DNA from: the human T2T-CHM13v2.0 reference genome, Homo sapiens
Length of the DNA: 64,000 nt
Strand: one strand, 5' to 3'
NCBI RefSeq assembly: GCF_009914755.1
Contig: NC_060930.1
This document shows, one piece after another, positions 48,410-60,561 of the stretch; position 1 is the first letter of the stretch, and every line of letters begins with the position of its first letter. Below the pieces are notes generated by a model, which was not told the origin of the DNA, did no database searches, and saw only the letters and a list, made by a program, of their open reading frames with translations. A program made the position numbers and the translations under genes.

Positions 48410-50335
48410 GACAGGGGACTAGTATCCAGAATATACAAGGAACTCAAACATCTCCACAGCAAAAAACCAACCCAATTAAAATATGGGCAAATGATCTGAA
48501 TTATTAAAAGAAGACATTACAAATCTGCAACGAGTGTATGAAAATGTGCTCAACACCACTAATCCTCAGGGAAATGCAAATCTAAACCACAATGAGCCAT
48601 TGTCTCACCCCAGTAGGATGACTATTGTCAAAAAGACAAAAAATAACACATGCTGGTGAGGACGCAGAAAAAAAGGGAATTTTTCTACACAGTTGGTGGG
48701 AATTTAAACTACTACAGTAATTCTGGAGAACACTATGGAGGTTCCTCAAAAAACTACAAATAGAAGTACCTTATGATCCAGCAATCTCACTACTGGGCAT
48801 TTATCCAACAGAATGGAAATCATTGTATCAAAGAGTCTGCAGCCCCAGGTTTATTGCAGCTCTGTTCACAATAGCCAAGATAAAGAATCAACCTAGTTGT
48901 GTGACTACACATGAATGGATAAAGAAAATAAGGTATATACATACCATGGAATACTATTCAGCCATAAAAAATAATGGAATCCTATCGTTTGCAGCAACAT
49001 GGATGAAACTAGAGGACAGTATGTTAAGTAAGCCAAGAACAGAAAGGTAAACACTGCGTGGTTCTCACTCATAATGTTGCCATAGGTGGCTATTAAGGTA
49101 TTAGCAGGGCAGAAGAGGGCTTCCCCCTACCACTGCCCCAAACACACACCAGGAGTGTTGCCAACCATTAGGTGATGGTCAGGGTGGTTATTAACTGTCT
49201 GTCTAAAGTAATAATTGGTCACAGCTGGCACCAGAGAAAAGCAGTTTCCCAAGAGATAGAAAACACCTATCATCAGCAGCTTCCCGATAAGATCTCAGGA
49301 ATTGGGCGAGTGGGGAGAAGGGACCCAAGACCTCGGAAGCATACCAATGTATAAAACCCCCAAGTCCAAAGGTCAAGGCGCACACTTGCTTTTCAAGTCA
49401 CCCGCTTGGCCCTATTCCAAGTGTGCTTTCCTTCCTTTCATTCCTGCTCTAAAGCTTTTTAATAAACTTTCACTCCTGCTCTAAAAACTTGCCTCAATCT
49501 TTCCTTCTGCCTCATGCCCCTCAGTCAAATTCATTCTTCTGAGGAAGTAAGAATTGAGGTTGCTGCAGACCCATACGGATTTGCCGCCGGTAACAATATG
49601 TGGCAGCTAAAAAAGTTTATCTCAAAGAAGTAAAAAGTAGAACGGAGGACAGTAGAGGCCTGGAAGGGTGGGAAAAGGGGAAATAGGGAGAGCTTGGTTA
49701 AAGTCTACAAAATTACAGCTAGATAGCAGTAATATGTTCTAGTGTTCTATACCACTGTAGGATGAATATGGCTAACAATAATATATTGTAAAGTTTCAAG
49801 CAACTAGAAAGAGCATATTGAATGTTTCCAACACAAATGAGTGATAAACTTTGAGATGATTGATGGATATGCTAACTACCCCTCTTTGATCTCTATACAT
49901 TATATATATTGAAATATCTCTATGTACTCTGTGAACATGTGCAATTATTATTTGTCAATAAATTTTTTTATCTTGATCTCATAGAATTAGAGAGAATGGT
50001 GGTTACTGGAGGGTGAGGAGGGTAGTCGGGAAGAGGAGAATGGAGAGAGGTTCGTCAGTGGGTACAAAGATCCAATTAGATTGAAAGAATAAGTTCTGGT
50101 GTTCTATTACACACTAGGGTGACTATAGCTAATAATTCTGTGTTGTACATTTCAAGATAACTAGAAGAGAGGATTTGGAATCTTCTAACTAAGAAGAAAG
50201 GATAAATGTTTAAAGTGAGGGGTATGCTAATCACCCTGATTTGATCCTTACACAACGTATCCATGCATTGAAACATCACACTGTACCCCATAAATATGTA
50301 CAATTATTATGTGACAATTATAAATAAAACTTCTA
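48410..50335 (+). mobile_element. Two L1MA 3' end fragments flanked by MIR pieces
   Basis: L1 3' motifs (TMEYYSAIK, FAATWMKLE) and two L1MA-type tails; MIR-like GTGCCTAGTA on both sides. Confidence 0.8.
49075..49595 (+). mobile_element. ERV1 MER4-group solo LTR (MER87-like) inserted in the L1 3' end
   Basis: TGTT...AACA termini, TATAAAA and AATAAA inside; interrupts L1 TTCTCACTC/ATATGTGG; near-TSD ATAA/ATAT; subfamily uncertain. Confidence 0.7.
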
Positions 50336-51641
50336 AAAGGAGCTTAGTACAGTGCCTAGTATATAGTGATTAACCAATCAAGTATAGCCATTATTATTTA
50401 TTATTCCTTCCTCCCAGTAGTAAATTACAGTGCAATGGTTAAAAGTAATCACTTGAGGCCCAGATATTTGCATTGGAACCTGGCTCTCCCAATTTCCACT
50501 GATGTAACTATGGGCAAGCAAGTTTCAATGCTCTGATCTATAAAATGGTAACGATAATAACAGAGAAAAATCTGGTGATTGTATCATGGTATGGATAATT
50601 CATAGTGCTGTTTGTGCCTGGCACAGATCCACAAACCTACAATAAATAATAGTAGTAAAATAAAAATTCTAAGCAAGTGTATTTAGATTAACCACCAATG
50701 CTTAATTGTCCCCTGAGGTACTAATGTCTTTATCTAATTTCACCTTTCCATTTATTTGCTTATCGGAAGATTGATTCCTAGAGGAAGGCTGAATCCAGAG
50801 TGTCTGAACTCAGTGACAGCTTCCCACATGAAGGTCAAGGGCTGTCTGCAGCCCCTGGTGGAATCCAGGCTGCCAACATCAGTCCTTCCACTTAGAGCAG
50901 TTCTTGTGCAGTCTTTGATGCAAGGTAATTTTGGAAGAATTGCCTCAAGGGTGTGCAATGGTGATGATTACTGATTGTGGCCTGGGTAGGTGGAAAGGCT
51001 ACTCACAGGGACCAAATGCAATGACCTTAGCTCCCGTAGTTGTTCATTATTGGAACTTGGTTTTCAAAGTAAGTCAAATGAAACTGAACAACGTTGGCAA
51101 TAATCCATCACTGCTCGTGGGACAGGGAAGGGTTCTGGAAGGGACTGGACTGGAGAACCCCGCAGGCTTGAGGTAAGTTATGGGTTGGTGCTCCCTTGCC
51201 GATGGGATCATTCAAAACAATGTCCCTACAACTTACTGAATTAGAATGTCAGCTGGGTGGATTCTTTCTTCTCTGGCCACTCTTAAGGGACTCACGTACT
51301 GTTGGATTCAGAAAAGCGCTTTTACAAATTCAGGGAATCACCTTCCCTTACTGAGCTCCAACACTAAGAACCAGAGGACCAACGCTTTTGTGAAGGTCAA
51401 ATGACCTTTGAAAAGTGGGGGCCTCTTTTTCTCCACAAATGACATTCTTTTCTTTTCCCAGGGGCCTGGGGCTCCCCAAGTTTGTGGCACACCCTGCCTT
51501 CAGTGGCTCCTCAAGGCCTTTGCGGTAAAATCCACAGTATTTAGCAAGACAGTCTCCCCTCCCCAGGCATCTAGCCCAGTCTAGTTTCCTCTCTCGCCCC
51601 TCCCACAGTGCTCCTCACCTGCTTATTCGGGTCTAACCAGG

Positions 51642-52099
51642 TGTCTTAATCAGCTTGGGCTGCCATCACAAAATACCATACTGGGGGGTTTAGACACAGA
51701 CATTTATTTCTCACAGGTCTGGAGGCTGGAAGTCCAAGATCAAGGTGTCAGCAGATGCAGTGTATGGTGAAATCTCTCCTCTTGGCTTTTAGATGGCCTG
51801 ACTCTCACTGCACCCTCACATGGCATCTCCTTTGCTTCTGTGAGGAGGGAAAGGGATGGGGTGTGTGTGTGTGTGTGTGTAGAGATGGCTCTCCTCTTCT
51901 TACTGAGGCATGAATCCCGTCATGGGAATTTCATCATGGCCTTCTGCCACATGAGGACTTAGTAATAAGGAGCCACCAGATGCTAGCATCTTGATTGAGG
52001 ACCTCACAGCTGCCAGAACTGTGACACAATCCATTTTTGTCCTTTATAAATTATCCAACCTGTGACATTTTGTTACAGCAACACAAACAGACTGAGACA
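51642..52099. mobile_element. Two MaLR LTR fragments in opposite orientation (MLT1-like minus, MST-like plus)
   Basis: TTTATTTCTCACAGGTCTGGAGGCTGGAAGTCCAAGATCAAGG (minus MaLR); ...TTTGTTACAGCAACACAAACAGACTGAGACA (plus MaLR end). Confidence 0.7.
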
Positions 52100-52454
52100 T
52101 ATGGTGTGGCTTCTCTTCCCACCCCTGTAGTGACTCCTTCTTTGCTAAATTCAGTGAGCATTTTTCAGTCCTCATCTTTGTGAAAGGATATTTTGCTAGA
52201 GTGGAGACTGGAGCTCAGATATTGCTGATGATCAGAGTTGGCGTGTCTCCCCAATTGATTTACAACTGGAGCTTGGATACTGTTTTAAACCTGGGAGGAG
52301 CCTCCTAACCATCTCGATACAACCACTGATGTGACTACACTACAGATAGACTCTTTCCACTTAATTCTACCACTCTTGCTTTACTTCATGAGAATGAAAA
52401 TATAATAATGCACCATGAATTCATTTGGGGAAATATTGATATTTTATTTTTTAA

Positions 52455-52831
<377 letters not shown>

Positions 52832-52932
52832 GGAAGGATTGATATTTTATAACATAATTTATAATTACAGAAAACATGTGAGTCCACTAGAAATTAATAG
52901 ATTTTGAAGATAATAAAATAGTTTCACTTATG

Positions 52933-53234
52933 GGGCGGGGCGCGGTGGCTCACGCCTGTAAGCCCAGCACTTTGGGAGGCTGAGGCAGGCGGATCACAAA
53001 GTCAGGAGATCGAGACCATCCTGGCTAACATGGTGAAACCCCGTTTCTACTAAAAATACAAAAAAAAAAAAATTAGCCGGGTGCAGTGGCGGGCACCTGT
53101 AGTCCCAGCTACTCGGGAGGCTGAGGCAGGAGAATGGCATGACCCGGGAGGTGGAGCATGCAGTGAGCCGAGATCACACCACTGCACTCCAGCCTGGGGG
53201 ACAGAGCAAGGCTCCGTCTCAAAAAAAAAAAAAA
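52933..53234 (+). mobile_element. AluY
   Basis: AluY diagnostics; TSD AGTTTCACTTATG at 52920-52932 and 53235-53247. Confidence 0.93.
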
Positions 53235-53699
53235 AGTTTCACTTATGTTGTAGTTTTGACATGGTTCATTATAGGATGTGGAGATGTTAACACTACCACC
53301 TAGCTTAATTTTGTCATCTAAGACCTGAAAGGGTTGTGTCTATTAGCTGCACCCCCGGTCAGCCACGTAACCTCGGGAAGGCCTCAGCCCCACTCCTCGT
53401 ATGGCAGGAATGATAACAGCAATGCCTGTTGGGAAGCTTGAGGGAGGCTATGGATGTGCAGCGCTTGGCAGAAAGTCTCGTCATGGAAGGTACCAGCAAA
53501 TGTGAGATACTTTTATGATTTTATTTTGTCCAAAAGAAAGGGAATGAAAGGAGAGAGGAGGAAACAAGACTAATCAGGAGATGTGAAGGTGTAGTGGTGA
53601 GGGGAGGAGTCAGCAGGAATAAAGTCAGCGTGGAGCAGCCGAGGTGGGAGATTGCTTTCACCACTTCCCAGCACCTATTGCAGATTCCACCCTCAAACA

Positions 53700-53879
53700 T
53701 TTTGTAAGGACCCTTTATTCAAGGTAATGTTTGAACCCTGCTGAGCCAGTGGCATGGGTCTCTGAGAGAATCATTAACTTAATTTGACTATCTGGTTTGT
53801 GGGTGCGTTTACTCTCATGTAAGTCAACAACGTCCTGGGATTGGGACCCACTTTCTGGGCACTGCTGGCCAGTCCCAAA
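53700..53879 (+). promoter_or_regulatory. PLG/LPA-type proximal promoter and 5' UTR copy with HNF1-type site
   Basis: GAACCCTGCTGAGCCAGTGGCATGGGTCTCTGAGAGAATCATTAACTTAATTTGAC...GGCCAGTCCCAAAATG is the PLG/LPA leader as I recall it; AATCATTAAC (53769-53778) fits the HNF1 consensus. Confidence 0.85.
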
Positions 53880-53928
53880 ATGGAACATAAGGAAGTGGTT
53901 CTTCTACTTCTTTTATTTTTGAAATCAG
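53880..53928 (+). pseudogene. PLG-like pseudogene exon 1 (signal peptide MEHKEVVLLLLLFLKS)
   Basis: 49-nt coding exon with the same peptide as the PLG/LPA leader; donor reads CAG|GTAGAG. Confidence 0.93.
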
Positions 53929-54821
53929 GTAGAGCAAAGATTTTTTGTATAATAATTATTTTTTCTCCCACAATGTAGTAAAAATACATATGCCATGGCT
54001 TTATGTGCAATTCATTTAATTTTTGATTCATGAAATTCCCAGTTCAAAATCTTGTATCAGATTGACGATTTCTTCCAAAAATATGTTTAATTTCCTTGTG
54101 AAGACTATCAGTGTGCTGGAATGAATGGGCAGAGAAAATAATGGGTGATTTTTCAAATCTAAATGAGTGGGCCCACATGATAGCTAGTCTAGTTGAAAAA
54201 AAAATAGCCATCGTAGCTAACTATGCACAGGATAGCTACGGTCTTCGCCAGGTTCTCAGTTTGAATAATTTATATCAGTTCTGTTCAGGTGCCATGCTCC
54301 CCTCCCTTGCAAGTTGAAACAATGAAATATCTCTTTGAATGTATTCTGTTCCTTGACCAGTTCATGGAGTGGGACTCAGCATTTCTCTCTTTGTTATGGC
54401 CTGAGTAAGGCTTTCCATCAGTATACATTTGCTTCTTATCCCTGGAGAAATCACACACATCCATTTGCCAGATGACGTTGCAGATACTGACTCAGCAAAT
54501 ACTCAGTGCTTGGGTTAGGCCCCCACATTGTTATACATACATATATGCGTGCGTACATACATACACACCTGTGAGTGTGTGTCCCGTACAAATACTAGCT
54601 TATTTATCTTGTGGTATAGGTAGGGTAGTATATTCATCCCCATTTTATACACAAGGAAAATTGGACATAGAAAATCATGTTATTTGCCCAGTGACCAAAC
54701 TCCCAAATCAAGGAAATAAAGGAACCTGGATTGAAGCCAGATTTCCAAGAAAAAGTTTAGGACTCTTCTCACTTTTTCAACTATGTTCCAAACTTTGAAA
54801 AATAATCTAAACACATCCCAG

Positions 54822-55663
54822 TGTAACTGAAGAGCAGGTTAGTTGTTTGCCACTTGCAGAATCCAATTAAGAAGAGAGAAGTCGGCTGGGCGCTGTGGCT
54901 CACGCCTGTAATCCCAGTACTTTGGGAGGCCGAGGCGGGCAGATCACGAGGTCAGGAGATCGAGACCATCCTGGCTAACACGGTGAAACCCCATCTCTAC
55001 TAAAAATACAAAAAATTAGCCAGGCGTGTTGGTGGGCGCCTGTAGTCCCAGCTACTCGGGAGGCTGAGGCAGGAGAATGGCGTGAACCCCGGGGGGACGA
55101 AGCCTGCAGTGAGCCAAGATCACGCCACTGCACTCCAGCCTGGGCGACAGCAAGACTCCGTCTCAAAAAAAAAAAAAAAAGAAGAGAGAAGTCTGGTATA
55201 AAGAAAGTGATTTACTTCCAACGCTAGCTTAGGGGAAGAAATTCAGGAGTCCTCTTGCACCACTTCACTTCTGGAGCAGAAAGTGGCACTTTTAAAAGGC
55301 AGGGGATGAAGTGAACAAGGGTGCAGGGGTCCATGCTTCAGAGTCTTATCTGTCAGCTGGTCGAGCTGGTGACTGCTGGTGCCTTTGTGAGCAGGCTGTT
55401 GTCTCTTGAGGCAACTCCCTGGAGGGTGAGAGTTCTGTAGTGGGTATGCTTTGGTTTATAGATGGAATGTGAACTCAGGAGTTCCATCTTAAAGCACATG
55501 GTTAGATGAACTTGCCCTGAAGGCAGACTCTGATGAAGGGGAAGTAAAAGGCCATATTTGTATTTCTAAAGGGCTAAGTAGGAAATGGGGAACTAGGAGA
55601 ATGAGGAAAAAAGAGAAAAAAAATAATGAAGCTATCTTAGAAAAATGGAGGTCCCCGATCATA
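54822..55663 (-). mobile_element. ERV1 solo LTR (MER66-like) with an Alu insertion
   Basis: TGTAAC...GATCATA termini; near-TSD CCAG/CTAG; subfamily from memory. Confidence 0.6.
54884..55178 (+). mobile_element. AluY (AluYe-like)
   Basis: GTGAACCCCGGGGGG...AGCCTGCAG and GGGCGACAGCAAGAC (2-bp deletion) diagnostics; TSD AAGAAGAGAGAAGTC. Confidence 0.9.
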
Positions 55664-57120
55664 CTAGTAGGTTCTCTTAAACAGCTTTATTGAGATGTCA
55701 TTCACCCATTTAAGGCATGCAATCCAATGGATGCAAATATATTGAGAGTTGTACAGCCATCCTCACAATACATTTTAAAATGTTTTCATACCCCAAAAGG
55801 CACTCCACTCTCACTGGCTGTTGCCTCTCCTCTGCAGCTTCTGGCAACCACAAATCTACTTTCTGTTTTTATAGACTTGCCTATTTTGGACACTTCATAC
55901 AAATGAAGTGTCCAAACAGTTCTTCATATAAACAATGTCCAGATGCTTGCAATTTAATCTAATTACCAGATACAATTTTACAAGTTGACTTTAGAGTCAA
56001 ATACATTTGAATTCTGTGGAAGCCATTCAAGAAAATATCAAAGAAAACACAGAGCAGGAGAAGATTCAGCGAAGAGATTTTTGGGGGAAATTGGTGTCCG
56101 TGTGTGTGTGGATGTGGGCAGGGGGTATGAATATTCTATTTCAGCCCATGGAAACTAGCACGTGGATCACTGTGAACTTATTCAGCGGGCTACACCCAAA
56201 GGCTAGATCAAACTTCTCTGCCACAGGATTAACATATGTTTTAACCAACCTGGGGGGCACATTCTCTCATAAGCTCTTTTGGAAAGTCAGGCTTTCTGTG
56301 GACGTGTTATCTTTCCAGTGTGCTGCAATGCCTGGGGAGAGGAAAATGTTTCTTTTACAGCCATGCTCAGTGAGAAGCGGAGAAACATCTTCCATTTCAC
56401 AAATTACTAAGCTTTCACACATGCAAATATGCATACATATTCACACACCACAGTGAGGAAGAAATTCTCACACCATTAATAAAATACAGTTACTTCTGTA
56501 GCAATATACATCTACATTTGCCTATAATATAAAAATGTTTTTTCTACTGAAAGATTTGTTTAATGTTTCTTCACCAGCAAATAAACCCTAATACATCTCA
56601 TTGCCATATGAGCCCTGGAGGTGAATAAGAGAAAATAATCCTTGGGGGAAAATTATCAAATTAAAAAGAGGAAAATTTGATTCTGTTTTGGGATATTTCC
56701 TAGGGATGTGAGCTGGGGAGGCGATCTCAGCAGTGATGCGCTATGAAGCATAGTAACATGACACAGTTACAGGTAACTTAAAGGTGGAAACAAATGGAAG
56801 TTTCTCTTTTGGAATATCAATTGTAGCCTGCTCTGCTACATTTCAAAAAAACATCTTCAGAAAGTTTAACTTAACTCACCGTAAGACAAACTTTATGGAT
56901 TTATTGCGTGTTTTGAAGTTATACTCTGAGCTATAGAATTGAACAAAGCACAACTCTTCTTGGAAATGAAAATTCAAATGGGAAGAAAATGCAGGTTGAA
57001 GACATGGATATGGGCCTAAAATATCGATTTCTCTATGATCTTTTGATACATCTCTCAAGTGCTTTTTAGTGGATTAGGTTTAGAATGCATCAGCCAACTC
57101 CTGCTCAATAATCCATTTTT

Positions 57121-60100
57121 GCTCGCAGCCGAGGATTCCTCCTAAGCTGTGTCCCATCTGTGCGGGACCCCACTGGAAGTTGGACTGTCCAACTGGCCCA
57201 AGGCTCTGATTGACTCCTTCCCAGATCTCGGCTTAGCGGCTGAAGACTGACACTGCCTGATTGCCTCGGAAGCCTCCTGGACCATCACAGATGCTTTGGG
57301 TAACTCTTACAATGGAGGGTAAGTCCGTCCCCTTCTTAATCAATACGGAGGCTACCCACTCCACATTACCTTCTTTTCAAGGGCCTGTTTCCCTTGCCTC
57401 CATAACTGTTATGGGTATTGATGGCCAGGTTTCTAAACCTCTTAAAACTCCCCAACTCTGGTGCCAACTTGGACAACATTCTTTTATGCACTCCTTTTTA
57501 GTTATCCCCACCTACCTAACTCCCTTATTAGGTCGAGACATTTTAACTAAATTATCTGCTTCCCTGACTATTCCTGGGCTATAGCCATGCCTCATTGCCA
57601 CCTTTTCCCCCAGTTCAAAGCCTCCTTCACATCGTCTCCTTGTATCTCCCCACCTTAATCCACAAGTATAGGACACCTCTACTCCCTCCTTGGTGACAGA
57701 TGATGCACCCCTTACCAGCCCATTAAAACCTAATCACCCTTAACCCGCTCAATGCCAACATCCCATCCCACAGCGCGCTTTAAAAGGATTAAAGCCTGTT
57801 ATCACTTGCCTGTTACAGCATGGGCTTTTAAAGCCTATAAACTCTGCTTACAATTCCCCCATTTTACGTGTCCTAAAACCAGACAAGGCTTACAGGTTAG
57901 TTCAGAATCTGCCCTTTATCAACCAAATTGTCTTGCCTATCCACCCCGTGGTGCCAAACCCATGTACTCTCCTGTCCTCAATACCTTCCTCCACAACTCA
58001 CTATTCTGTTCTTGATCTTAAAAATGCTTTTTTCACTATTCCCCTGCACCCCTCATCCCAGCCTCCCTTTGCTTTCACTTGGACTGACCCTGACACCCAT
58101 CAGGCTCAGCAAATTACCTGGGCTGTACTGCCACAAGGCTTCACAGACAGCCCCCATTACTTCAGTCAAGCCCAAATTTCTTCTCCATCCGTTACCTACC
58201 TCAGCATAATTCTTCACAAAAACACACGTGCTCTCCCTGCCGATCATGTCCGACTGATCTCTCACCCCAACACCTTCTACAAAACAACAACTCCTTTCCT
58301 TCCTAGGCATGGTTGGATACTATCACCTTTGGATACCTGGTTTTGCCATCCTAACAAAACCATTATATAAACTCACAAAAGGAAACCTAGCTGACCCCAT
58401 AGATCCTAAATCCTTTCCCCACTCCTCTTTCCATTCCTTGAAGACAGCTTTAGAGACTGCTCCCACACTAGCTCTCCCTGACTCATCCCAACCCTTTTCA
58501 TTACACACAGCCAAAGTGCAGGGCTGTGCAATCGGAATTCTTACACAAGGACCGGGACCGTGCCCTGTAGCCTTTTTATCCAAACAATTTGACCTTACCA
58601 TTTTAGCCTAGCGCTCATGTCTGCATGTGGGGACTGCCACTGCCTTAATACTTTTAGAGGCCCTCAAAATCACAAACTGTGCTCAACCCACTCTCTACAG
58701 TTCTCATAACTTCCAAAATCTATTTTCTTCCTCACACCTGACACGTATACTTTCTGCTCCCCGGCTCCTTCAGCTGTACTCACTCTTTGTTGAGTCTCCC
58801 ACAGTTACCATTGTTCCTGGCCTGGACTTCAATCCGGCCTCCCACATTATTCCAGATACCACACCTGACCCCCATGACTGTATCTGATCCATGTGACATT
58901 CACCCCATTTCCCCATATTTCCTTCTTTCCTGTTCCTCACCCTGATCACACTTGGTTTATCAATGGCAGTTCCACCAGGCCTAATCGCCACTCACCAGCA
59001 AAGGCAGGCTATGCTATAGTATCTTCCACATCTATCACTAAGGCTACCGCTCTGCGCCCTCCACTACATCTATCATTGAGGCTACTGCTCTGCCCCTTCC
59101 ACTACCTCTCAGCAAGCTGAACTCATTGCTTTAACTCAGGCCCTCGCTCTTGCAAAGGGACTACACGTCAATATTTATACCGACTCTAAATATGCCTTCC
59201 ATATCCTGCACCATCATGCTGTTATATGGGCAGAAAGAAATTTCCTCACTATGGAAGGGTCCTCCATCATTAATGCCTCTTTAATAAAAACTCTTCTCAA
59301 AGAGCTTTACTTACAAAGGAAGCTGGAGTCATTCACTGCAAGGGCCATCAAAAGGCATCAAATTCCATCACTCAGGACAATGTTTATGCTGATAAGGTAA
59401 CTAAAAAGGCAGCTAGCATTCCAACTTCTATCCCTCACGGCAGTTTTTCTCCTTCTCATCTGGCCACTCCCTCACTGACTCTTCCACCTATCAATCCCTT
59501 CCCACACAAGGCAAATGGTTCTTGGACCAAGAAAAATATCTCCTTCCAGCCTCACAGGCCCATTCTATTCTGTCATTTCATAACCTCTTCCATGTAGGTT
59601 ATAAGCTGCTAGCCCACCTCTTGGAACCTCTCATTTCCTTTCCATCCTGGAAATCTATCCTTAAGGAAATCACTTCTCAGTGCTCCATCTGCTACTCTAC
59701 TACACCTCAGCCACCCCCGCCTCCCCCCCGCTTCCCTATACATCAAGCTTGGGGATTTGCCCCTGTCCAGGACTGGCAAATTGACTTTACTCACATGCCC
59801 CAAGTCAGGAAACTAAAATACCTCTTGGTCTGGGTAGACACTTTCACTGGATGGGTAGAGGCCTTTCCCACAGGGTCTGAGAAGGCCACCGTGGTCATTT
59901 CTTCCCTTTTGTCAGACATAATTCCTCAGTTTGGCCTTCCCATCTCTATACAGTCCGATAACAGACTGGCCTTTATTAGTCAAATCACCCAGTTTCTCAG
60001 GCTCTTTGTATTCAGTGAAATCTTCGTACCCCTTATCGTCCTCAATCTTCAGGAAAAGTAAAACGGACTAATGGTTTTTTAAAAACACCTCACCAAGCTC

Positions 60101-60561
60101 AGCCTCCAACTTAAAAAGGAGGATTCTGTCAAGGATAGAGCCCAAAAACTTGCCAACCAAGCAAGTAATTACGCTGTACGCCCTTGGGCACTCTCTAATT
60201 GGATGTCCTGGATCCTCCCAATTCTTAGTTCTTTAATACCTATTTTTCTCCTTCTTTTATTCAGACCTTGTATCATCCGTTTAGTTTCTCAATTCATCCA
60301 AAACCATATCCAGGCCATCACCAATCATTCTATATGACAAATGCTCCTTCTAACAAGCCCACAATATCACTGCTTACCATAAAATCTTCCTTCAACTTAA
60401 TCTCTCCCACTCTAGGTTCCCACATCACTCCTAATCCCACTCAAAGCAGCCCTAAGAAACATTGCCCATTATCTCTCCATACCACCCCCAAAAATTTTCA
60501 CCACCCCAACACTTTACCACTATTTTGTTTTCTTTTTCTTATTGATATAAGAAGACAGGAA
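57121..60561 (+). mobile_element. HERV-H internal region (gag end, pro, deleted pol, env remnant), defective
   Basis: Zinc knuckle CPICAGPHWKLDC (57150-57188); protease LINTEATHS (catalytic D lost); RT LDLKNAFF/VLPQGFTDSP with the YxDD segment missing; RNase H YTDSKYAF; integrase WQIDFTHMP/QSDN; polypurine tract AAGAAGACAGGAA. Confidence 0.93.

Noticed and set aside
57261-60061. HERV-H pro/pol ORF fragments as an active retroelement or domesticated gene
   Set aside because: Protease and RNase H catalytic Asp appear as Asn, the RT YxDD segment is missing, and there are many stops and frameshifts
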